From an uncultured Candidatus Saccharibacteria bacterium (lineage in GTDB: Bacteria > Patescibacteriota > Dojkabacteria > J137): DNA of 64,000 nucleotides. The stretch's first letter is position 1. Every line of letters starts with the position of its first letter. Location: NCBI GenBank assembly GCA_964607415.1, contig CAZSKK010000002.1:352585-416584 (forward strand), read 5' to 3'. The translations under genes were made by a program, and so were the position numbers. Positions 56,347-64,000 of the stretch are shown piece by piece. Below the pieces are notes generated by a model. The model did not search any database. It saw only the letters and a list, made by a program, of their open reading frames with translations, and was not told the DNA's origin.

Positions 56347-57069
56347 TTAAGATCGGACTATAAGCATTGGTGTTCTTATTCCATCGTCTTCTTGTCCTTG
56401 AGGGTTACCGTGCAAAATTATCATTAAATCTTCTTTAGAAAACTTACTTTTAAGGCCATTGCTCATTCCAAGCACGTTATTATCTATATTATTGCCATCA
56501 AGAATAGCAGTCGGGACACCAAATTTGCTTTCTATTTTGTTACAAATTTCATCGCCATTACGAGGTGGTAAAACTGCGTACTCGTTCATTGGAGGTTCTG
56601 AAATCGGATTAAATCCATCAATTGCATTTATATTGTGCCCTGCAATTTTATAAAAATATCCTGGTTTACCTAGAATCTTTAAAATTGTTCCTATAAAAAT
56701 TGCAAGTAGTATTCTAAAGTAACCAGCTTGATTAATTGCAACCTGCATTTTCCTTGGGTGAGAATATCCTATATCTTCTGGCCATTTGGTCACAAACTTA
56801 ACAATAAATTTTGCAAGTAAACTTACCTTTACTTCGGATTGATGTACCACAAAAGCATTAGAAAGACTAACAACTTTCGCAGAAATACAAAAAAAATCCT
56901 CTTTTTTAAAATAAGGTTTGGCATACTTTTCAATAAATTTATCTAAGTTATCACCAATAAGAACTCTTGGTGTAGCTATGGGTAGACGTTTGTATGTCTT
57001 ACCTTTAAATTCAGATAACAATTCCCTCCCTTCTCTTGAAGTATTTAATAGACCATATTTATTTCCCAT
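56347..57069 (-). CDS. CofE/F420-0:gamma-glutamyl ligase-like protein
   Basis: LPIAT..V..GDNL, ISAKVVS, AIDG, ILDGN, NPQGQ..TPMLIVR. Confidence 0.65.
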   Translation of the reverse strand: MGNKYGLLNTSREGRELLSEFKGKTYKRLPIATPRVLIGDNLDKFIEKYAKPYFKKEDFFCISAKVVSLSNAFVVHQSEVKVSLLAKFIVKFVTKWPEDIGYSHPRKMQVAINQAGYFRILLAIFIGTILKILGKPGYFYKIAGHNINAIDGFNPISEPPMNEYAVLPPRNGDEICNKIESKFGVPTAILDGNNIDNNVLGMSNGLKSKFSKEDLMIILHGNPQGQEDDGIRTPMLIVRS

Positions 57070-57310
57070 AGAAAAATGATAGCATAAGAAGATTAAAGAT
57101 TTAAGATTAAAGATTTTTGAATTTAGAATTCTGAAATTTACAAATCACAGCTTTGTGTCGCTTCTCATCTTCGTTCGAAATGACACTGTTCTTTAACTCA
57201 CCCAGTCTTAATCATAATCTAACCCTAAATCTTTATTTTCATTCTCATTCCAATCTAAATAATGTAGAATATTCCTATAGGGGAGTGATCCACTTATATT
57301 CTTTATCCTT

Positions 57311-57997
57311 ATGAAAAAAATTGGAACAATTTTATTTTTTTTAGTAGCTTGTATATTGCTAGCTTTATGGTCTCCGTGGATCGGCTGGAATCTTGACTTT
57401 TCACGATTAGTTGGTGTTGAAAAGCCTGAATCCATTGCCAGTTTGCAGGTGTTTTCTTTAAGTGGTGAAGTTGAGATATTGATAGATGGGGTATCAAGTG
57501 GAAATGCAAGTGTAGAGAATTCTCCTTTTGTAGTAGATAGGGTTAATCCAGGTGAAAGATTATTAACTCTAAGAAAGAAATCGGATACAAAAAATGCATA
57601 TTGGTCTTTTAGCAAATTGCTAAATTTTATTGAAGGTACAAGTGTTGCTGTAACCTTTAATTTAGGACCAGAAGAACTTTTTTCAGAAGGGCACATTGTG
57701 TACGCAGTTGATAAAAAAGACAAAGATGCTGATTCTGTAATTAATATAAATGTAAATGCGGAGAATGCTGTTGTGTTACTAGATAATATTTCAGCGCAGC
57801 AAATTACTTCCCAAAAATTTACAGAAAAATTAAATTTTGATTCGCAGCATAAAATTTCAATTTCAAAAAAAGGTTTTGAAAATCTTGAATTTACTATACT
57901 CCCAGATTCACAGGAGGATAGAAATAAATTGAAAGATTTTGATATTAATATTGATGCATATTTATTAACTCAACCTGTAGAGGTTGAGACTAAATAG
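57311..57997 (+). CDS. PEGA-like domain protein
   Basis: TM; LQVFS..EILIDG..G; HKISISKKGFE. Confidence 0.7.
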   Translation: MKKIGTILFFLVACILLALWSPWIGWNLDFSRLVGVEKPESIASLQVFSLSGEVEILIDGVSSGNASVENSPFVVDRVNPGERLLTLRKKSDTKNAYWSFSKLLNFIEGTSVAVTFNLGPEELFSEGHIVYAVDKKDKDADSVININVNAENAVVLLDNISAQQITSQKFTEKLNFDSQHKISISKKGFENLEFTILPDSQEDRNKLKDFDINIDAYLLTQPVEVETK

Positions 57998-58041
57998 CGT
58001 GAATTGAAAATTATTACTTGAAAACTGAAAATTAACTGTGC

Positions 58042-61000
58042 ATGGCTATACCTGAGCAATATAGATTAAAAAATACAATAAAATATCCAACATCAATTAT
58101 AGTTGGAGGTTTAACCAGGCTTGGCTTTGAGCTTGCAGATTCTCTTATTGAGCAGGGAGGTTATGTCATAATTGTCGACTCCTACACTCCAGAAAATATT
58201 GAAAAACTAAAAGTATTCCCAAAAGAAACTCTTGTCAGTTTTCTTGACTACACTTCAATTCCACATCTTGAAGAAGAAATAAGAAGACTGGATTATGTTT
58301 TTTATTTTGCACATGATAGTGTCGAATATACAAACGTAATCTCTACTCAAGACTTTTTAAACTTTTCAAATTATTTAGACACAACTTTAACACTTGCTTC
58401 TAAATTCCAGGCTAAGTTTCTTTTGACCACGGCAATAAGAGCACATCAGCTATCTATGCCAGATGGAGGGATTGATTTAAATTATGGTATAAATGCTGCA
58501 ACTAACCATACTGTTTATACAGATATGGAAATCCAAAGATATGCTGAAAGTTTAGTTATGGAGTACTCTCAGAAAATAAACCTGGACATAAGAATTGTAA
58601 GATTAGGCGAATTGATTGGGGACGGTATCGATTTTTCCAAAAAAACAAACTTTATAGATTTGATTTTAAGCGCAGTTAAAGGTGGCCAAATCAAGCTTAG
58701 AAAAGATGGTTTGGAGCAAGAATGGTATGTTCATGTCCTGGATTGTGCTTATGGAATTATTAAAGCTCAATTTTCACAAGGGACTTCAGGAAAAATTTTT
58801 TCGATTAGCTATGATCATCCATTTACGCATCTTTCCATTGCATATAAAATTCAGGAAGTTGAAGATGATCCTAAGGAGATACAGTTCTTAAATGAAAGAG
58901 ATAATCTTCCATCTATTAAGCTTTATAAACCAGCGCCTAACTTAACTAAAATTGGTTGGACACCAAGGGTTAGTTTTGAAAGAGCAATAGCGCAATCATT
59001 AGCTTCAGCTAAAATTTATCTTCTAGAACAGGGTTCAGCAAAAGGTGGATTTGGATCATCAGATGATAAAAATGTTGTAGGAAAGTTAAAAAACTTTTTG
59101 ACAATTGCAAAAACAAATGAACTTCCTTCGGAGTCAGGTCCAATCTCAAGATTGGTAGAGGAAAGAAAGAAAATTGAGAATGTAAAAAAAGATAGAATAG
59201 GAATCGCCAACCAAAATATTAGAAAAAAAGCCAAAAAACCAAGGACAATGAAAGAAAAAGTTCAATCGTGGTTTTGGAATAATTTTATTGGATTTGTAAA
59301 TATATTCACTCTTTTTAAAAACAAAAGTCCTTTAGAAGTAGGAATACTACTTATATTTTTGGGAGTGTTTATTTTAATTTTTTTCACATTCATTTCTCCA
59401 ACTATACTAATTTTAAAGAATGGTTTTGTTGTTTACAGTGAGTATAGAGATATAACCTATAGTGCAAATAACGGTGATTGGGATGAATTAAGATCAAGCT
59501 CAGAAAATGTTGAAGGAGCATTAAAACAAACATCAAATTTGCTTGATAATTACGATTTTGTAGCATCCGTTGTAGCTTTAGATGATGATCTTTCCAAACT
59601 GGTAGAATTAATCAATTCGTATGCTTTATATATGGAAGGTATAAATGACATAGGTTATGCTTTAGAACCAATGGTTGATTATACTTCAGCATTTGTAAAT
59701 AATACTCAAATTAGAGCTGGAGCTGATACATATCTATCAACAAAAGATGCAGGAATTAATTTCCAAGATAACTTACTTGAACTTGAAAGTAGAGCACCAT
59801 TTATGCAAGTTGGTCTTGATAAAGTTAATAATGCTCAGAGCCAACTTAATACTGCTGATTTAAACTTCTTACCATCATATGCAGTAGAAAGAGTATTAAA
59901 AACCAATGCTGATCTCAAACGAATAAATTCTGATGTTAACAGTGTAAGTTATACTACGTACCTTCCAGAAATACTAGGAGTTGGAAGTACAAAAACTTAT
60001 TTAATAGTTGTTTTAGATAATACAAGACAAATGCCTGTTGGAGGTGAGGCAAGCGCCTACGCACTGTTAACTGTGCAAAATGGAAGCTTAAGCGAAGTTA
60101 AGGTTCAATCGATAGATGAGATAACTTTTGATTTTTCATCCATTGATGATTCGCAGGTTGAAAAAATAAACAACCGTAAATTTAATTTGATTAATAAGAC
60201 TGCTTTGAGATTTAATGATTTGGGCAATGTAAGAGATTTTGAAGATTATTCGTTTCTTGCTTCCAATGTATTTTCAGATACAACAAATGTAAATATAGAT
60301 GGAGTAATAGCAATAAATCTTAAAGGCATGGAAAAATGGTTGGAGGCAGTAGATAGCGTTTCTAGTAAAGAGTTGATAGTAGATGGAATTAAAATCCAAG
60401 CCAGTTCGTTTTTGTCAGATATTGCAAGAACTCAGGCAGTAAATGGAAGCTTGCAAGGTAAACATAGAGTTCTTGCTCAAGTATTAGCTTATGTATTAAA
60501 CGTCAGCCTTGATGACCCAGAAGTTAATCTGGTAGTATTTCAGAAAATGTTTAACGATCAAACTATCGAATCGAATATTGTTATAGATACACCAGATTTA
60601 AAATATTCTGAATTAATTGAAAAGAACAACGCAAATGGAATTGATCTTACAAGATCTGATAGCTTTTATTCAGTAGGAATTAATACAGAAGATTTGAGAG
60701 AAGTTTCAGTGGAAAGTTATCCACCCGCAACCTTATCTACAAGAATAGATGTTGATGATAATTTAAATCTTAAATACACACTTGGGATAGTATTCAGTAA
60801 TATAGGATCTACGCAAGAAGTTTCTGTTTGCCTTCCGTTGTATGTAGAAGATTCAACAATTGTAGTGGAAAATATACCCAGAGACCGATTTGTAATTAAT
60901 GCCGATGGGTCAGAAAAATGTGTTGTTGCTAAAATTCTGACAGAAGATGACATTAATGTATCCTGGAGTGTTAATGGAAGATTTTCTGTTAGTACTGGCA

Positions 61001-61188
61001 ATTCGTATCCACTTGATTTAGCTTTAAGCACAGTTAAAGGGTCGCAAACCAGAGTAGACTATGAAATACGGTATTCAAATCTAAAAGTTACTGACATAGA
61101 TGAAGTATTAACGAGGCAAACAAATTCGCTTCTATTGACTAGTGATGTTTTCTCGGATAAATTGATAAAAGTGACATTCCAAAAATAG
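58042..61188 (+). CDS. Degenerate NAD-dependent epimerase domain + TM + DUF4012-like extracellular domain
   Basis: Rossmann-like N-terminus (IRIVRL, GWTPRVSFE); TM; TYLIVVLDNTRQMPVGG and IDGVIAIN. Confidence 0.7.
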   Translation: MAIPEQYRLKNTIKYPTSIIVGGLTRLGFELADSLIEQGGYVIIVDSYTPENIEKLKVFPKETLVSFLDYTSIPHLEEEIRRLDYVFYFAHDSVEYTNVISTQDFLNFSNYLDTTLTLASKFQAKFLLTTAIRAHQLSMPDGGIDLNYGINAATNHTVYTDMEIQRYAESLVMEYSQKINLDIRIVRLGELIGDGIDFSKKTNFIDLILSAVKGGQIKLRKDGLEQEWYVHVLDCAYGIIKAQFSQGTSGKIFSISYDHPFTHLSIAYKIQEVEDDPKEIQFLNERDNLPSIKLYKPAPNLTKIGWTPRVSFERAIAQSLASAKIYLLEQGSAKGGFGSSDDKNVVGKLKNFLTIAKTNELPSESGPISRLVEERKKIENVKKDRIGIANQNIRKKAKKPRTMKEKVQSWFWNNFIGFVNIFTLFKNKSPLEVGILLIFLGVFILIFFTFISPTILILKNGFVVYSEYRDITYSANNGDWDELRSSSENVEGALKQTSNLLDNYDFVASVVALDDDLSKLVELINSYALYMEGINDIGYALEPMVDYTSAFVNNTQIRAGADTYLSTKDAGINFQDNLLELESRAPFMQVGLDKVNNAQSQLNTADLNFLPSYAVERVLKTNADLKRINSDVNSVSYTTYLPEILGVGSTKTYLIVVLDNTRQMPVGGEASAYALLTVQNGSLSEVKVQSIDEITFDFSSIDDSQVEKINNRKFNLINKTALRFNDLGNVRDFEDYSFLASNVFSDTTNVNIDGVIAINLKGMEKWLEAVDSVSSKELIVDGIKIQASSFLSDIARTQAVNGSLQGKHRVLAQVLAYVLNVSLDDPEVNLVVFQKMFNDQTIESNIVIDTPDLKYSELIEKNNANGIDLTRSDSFYSVGINTEDLREVSVESYPPATLSTRIDVDDNLNLKYTLGIVFSNIGSTQEVSVCLPLYVEDSTIVVENIPRDRFVINADGSEKCVVAKILTEDDINVSWSVNGRFSVSTGNSYPLDLALSTVKGSQTRVDYEIRYSNLKVTDIDEVLTRQTNSLLLTSDVFSDKLIKVTFQK

Positions 61189-61218
61189 TAGACAAATTTG
61201 ACTTCTTTCTGATACAAT
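61189..61218 (+). promoter_or_regulatory. greA promoter
   Basis: TAGACA-18bp-TACAAT with TG extension. Confidence 0.55.
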
Positions 61219-61248
61219 AACTCACTGTAATTAACAAATAAATAATTT

Positions 61249-61749
61249 ATGGCAAAGACAACAACAAAACCGGTAGATGATCTAATTGAAATGACTCAGG
61301 ATGCACACGACGAGCTTACCAAAGAACTTCAATATAGAAAAGATATTTTAAGAGAAGAAATAGCTAAGGAAATCTCTGAAGCAAGGGAGCTGGGTGATCT
61401 TTCAGAAAACCATGCCTATAGTGTGGCAATGGAGAAGAAAGAGCAAAACGAAAATAGAATTACAGAACTTGAAGACATGCTTAAGAAAGCTAAAGTAGTT
61501 ACTGGTTCTGATGCAGGTAATATTGTAAGAGTTGGAAAAACTGTAGAGATTGAGAACCTAGAAAAAAAAGAAAAAAGAATTGTAACTTTGGTTGGATCTG
61601 AAGAAACTCAGTCAGCAGAACCTAACGAAGGAAAAATTTCAGTTGACTCTCCAATAGGTAAGGCTATCTTTAACGCAAAAGTAGGTGATGAAGTAGAAGT
61701 TCACCTTCCAACGAAAGTTGTAAAGTATAGAATAATCAAATTTATCTAA
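61249..61749 (+). CDS. greA: Transcription elongation factor GreA
   Basis: ARELGDLSEN.AY, ISVDSPIGKA. Confidence 0.96.
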   Translation: MAKTTTKPVDDLIEMTQDAHDELTKELQYRKDILREEIAKEISEARELGDLSENHAYSVAMEKKEQNENRITELEDMLKKAKVVTGSDAGNIVRVGKTVEIENLEKKEKRIVTLVGSEETQSAEPNEGKISVDSPIGKAIFNAKVGDEVEVHLPTKVVKYRIIKFI

Positions 61750-61764
61750 TCCTAAAGTTTTCAA

Positions 61765-62541
61765 ATGAAAAAGGTAGTTATAGCATTACTTGCTATTGCT
61801 TGCGTACTATCTGTAGTAGTATTCTTCTTTGTTGCCTTTCTAATATATAAAAATTCTACAATTAAAAGAAACTTAATTTTGATTGAGTTGGAAGAAGTTT
61901 CTTATAAATCTAAAGAAACTATGGATTATAAGTTGCTGGCTTCAAGTGAATTTCTGTCAAAAGACAGAGTCTATGTAAGAACTTCAGAATCAGGGAAAGC
62001 CCATGTTATTTTGAACGATAACTCTTTGTTGAGTTTAAACTCCAACTCAGAGGTCGTAGTAAATTCAAATGAAGTTAAAATTTTAAAAGGAAATGTCTGG
62101 TTTCGCAGTAACGGTTCAAACAAGGTGAATGAAAAAACTTTAAATAAAGGTGAAATTTATAAAAGCAATTTGGACGATCAGGCTTGGGTAGAAGCAAATG
62201 AAGATTTTGATAGAATATTTGAAGAGAATATAAATAAATCTGATTACCTTGAAGTTATAAAAAAAGATGTAAAACATAAAAGGAGCTTGGCATTGTCTCA
62301 ACAATTTGATTTGAGCACAATAGTTTCAGGCATTACAGATAATCTTGGTTTATTATCTCAATATGTTTGTAAAAAAATCCAAACAGAAAATTTTGATATT
62401 AATGACTACAAAAACCAACTTAAATCTTATGGTTTTAGAGAAGAGGATTTGATTCAAGGAGAAGAGACAATTCAGCGTCTGAAAATTTTTTGTGAAGATA
62501 ATGTGTTAACAATAGATGAAGTAAACTCCTTGATTAAATAG
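61765..62541 (+). CDS. Membrane-anchored FecR-like protein
   Basis: TM; VRTSESGKAHVILNDNSLLSLNSNSEV..LKGNVW. Confidence 0.6.
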   Translation: MKKVVIALLAIACVLSVVVFFFVAFLIYKNSTIKRNLILIELEEVSYKSKETMDYKLLASSEFLSKDRVYVRTSESGKAHVILNDNSLLSLNSNSEVVVNSNEVKILKGNVWFRSNGSNKVNEKTLNKGEIYKSNLDDQAWVEANEDFDRIFEENINKSDYLEVIKKDVKHKRSLALSQQFDLSTIVSGITDNLGLLSQYVCKKIQTENFDINDYKNQLKSYGFREEDLIQGEETIQRLKIFCEDNVLTIDEVNSLIK

Positions 62542-62576
62542 GTAAAACTTAGACTATGACTTCAAAGTCAGCAGCT

Positions 62577-63878
62577 TTAGTTTTTGTTTAATATAACTCT
62601 AACGGCTTCCGAATCAGACCATTCATATTCTGCATCTCCAAAATATAAACTTGTCTCATGGCCTTTACCGGTAATATAAACAATGTCACCAGGTTTAGCA
62701 GTTTTAAGTGCCAAATCTATTGCATCAAATCTTGAAGTATAGTTATTTGCATCAAAGCAAATTATAGGAATATCTTTATAATCTTTAGCTCTTTGAATTC
62801 TTTTTTGTAACCTATCTTTATCTATCATTTCGTATTCTTCATGAGATTCAAGTCTTTCAATGATCATCCCATTTCTGTTTTCAGCGTATTTTGCAATTTC
62901 AGAGTTTATATTTGCAACACCTTCATAGCCTGGATCTTGAGCTGCAAGCGTAATTATGGATGAATATTTACTTGCAATCTCTCCCATTCTTCTTCTCGAT
63001 TTGTACATTTCACCGACTGAACCTAGCACCGAAATTATGCTTGAGCCAATAGGCTTTATTGAGCTAAGGTGGGCCAGAGTGGATTCAAGTGTTTCAGGTG
63101 TATAGGAGTAGTCTACAATAATAACAAAAGGTTGAATTTGAAGAACTTCCATGCGCCCTGATGGAACATTATAATTTGCAATATGTTTTGACACATTTTG
63201 GCTCGGCATAAACCTTTCAGAAAGCTTAAAACCCTGAATTGAATTTGATAAAGAGAATGGTCCAGGATTTTTTAACCTAACATTTTCTTTACCTAGTTCA
63301 TAAATAATACCATCCATAAAATGGTTTACATTTTGTGCTAAAGATTTACCTGACATGAATGTGTAAATGTGATTTTTGATTTCATTATTAAAAAGATTGA
63401 GCCAAGCAAGAAAGCGTTGATCGTCACTATTTAAAACAAGTAGAGAATTATTATTTAACATTTTTATGAACTTTAACTTATTCATTACATAGCTATCCCA
63501 GTTGTTAACCTTTAAATCAGGATCTTCAAAGGTATTAGTAATTACGCCAGAATCAAGACTTATGTTTTTAAATTTGCCACTTTCGATATTTTCAGGATGC
63601 ATTTCTAAAACAATGTGGGTAATACCTTTCTCACTCATTTCGCTCAAAAGGTCAAAGGTTTCTCTTGACTTTATATTTACTAAATCAATTTCGTCATTAT
63701 AACTTTTTCCATCAAAAGAGCTGCCCAGAGAAGTAATCGCACCAACTTTAAAACCTTCCTCTGAAAGATTATGTCTGATTAGATCAGCAACAGAAGTTTT
63801 ACCTGAAGTTCCAGTAACTCCTATAATTTTAACCTTAGTAAGATCAGTTTTATTTTTAATAATTGGTAACAAAGCCAT
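62577..63878 (-). CDS. MurE-like Mur ligase
   Basis: GVTGTSGKTS, GRME, VDYSYTP, TGKGHE. Confidence 0.85.
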   Translation of the reverse strand: MALLPIIKNKTDLTKVKIIGVTGTSGKTSVADLIRHNLSEEGFKVGAITSLGSSFDGKSYNDEIDLVNIKSRETFDLLSEMSEKGITHIVLEMHPENIESGKFKNISLDSGVITNTFEDPDLKVNNWDSYVMNKLKFIKMLNNNSLLVLNSDDQRFLAWLNLFNNEIKNHIYTFMSGKSLAQNVNHFMDGIIYELGKENVRLKNPGPFSLSNSIQGFKLSERFMPSQNVSKHIANYNVPSGRMEVLQIQPFVIIVDYSYTPETLESTLAHLSSIKPIGSSIISVLGSVGEMYKSRRRMGEIASKYSSIITLAAQDPGYEGVANINSEIAKYAENRNGMIIERLESHEEYEMIDKDRLQKRIQRAKDYKDIPIICFDANNYTSRFDAIDLALKTAKPGDIVYITGKGHETSLYFGDAEYEWSDSEAVRVILNKN

Positions 63879-63968
63879 AATTCTAATTATACAGTAAAAG
63901 CGGGAATGATTTGATATAATGCTAAAGAACTTTTGATAAGTTCAAAAAGATTAATAGTAAAGCCGTAA

Positions 63969-63997
63969 GATTCAAGAATTATGATTCATGATTCAAG
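63969..63997. repeat. GATTCA-type heptamer array (runs to window end)
   Basis: GATTCAA GAATTAT GATTCAT GATTCAA. Confidence 0.75.
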
Positions 63998-64000
63998 GCA

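Noticed and set aside
57155-57187. GTGTC..GACAC hairpin resembling another REP family
   Set aside because: Single degenerate copy in the window; cannot support a family
2659-63702. Numerous short overlapping/antisense ORFs in the track (e.g. 2659, 7118, 19138, 55792, 57208, 60717)
   Set aside because: Shadow frames of well-supported genes with no recognisable motifs
1-64000. Alternative genetic code (UGA=Gly) as in some CPR lineages
   Set aside because: Long conserved genes are intact in code 11 and several end in TGA

Overview
AT-rich bacterial chromosome using genetic code 11 (TGA is a stop). It is very probably a CPR/Patescibacteria genome (Dojkabacteria/Microgenomates-like; inference from an FKBP-less trigger factor, PEGA/DUF4012/cohesin/PsbP-like genes and almost no Shine-Dalgarno motifs). 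Layout: (1) glmS 3' end, an SDR and a double GT4. (2) About 11 kb of secreted proteins: amidase-S8-propeller, CHAP, Cys-rich anchored proteins and a second propeller protein. (3) About 25 kb of surface-glycan genes: wzm/wzt, five methyltransferases, many GT2/GT4/GT-C, a flippase, galE and ugd. (4) Housekeeping genes: infA-rpmJ-rpsM-rpsK-rpsD-rpoA-rplQ-rplM-rpsI, yraN, recF, tig, YbaK-trpS, greA and a murE-like ligase. No tRNA, rRNA, CRISPR, integrase, transposase or reverse transcriptase was seen. The most unusual signals are non-coding. First, several families of degenerate 7/8-bp tandem repeats flank two Avd-like four-helix-bundle genes, form gene-less nested hairpins, sit five in a row over the start regions of rpsM/rpsK/rpsD, and invade ORFs. 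Second, a three-unit array of repeats plus shuffled hairpins precedes an acidic protein and tig. Third, a GC-rich palindromic REP/MITE-like element occurs three times, once in frame inside a gene. All family calls are by motif recognition; no searches were run.
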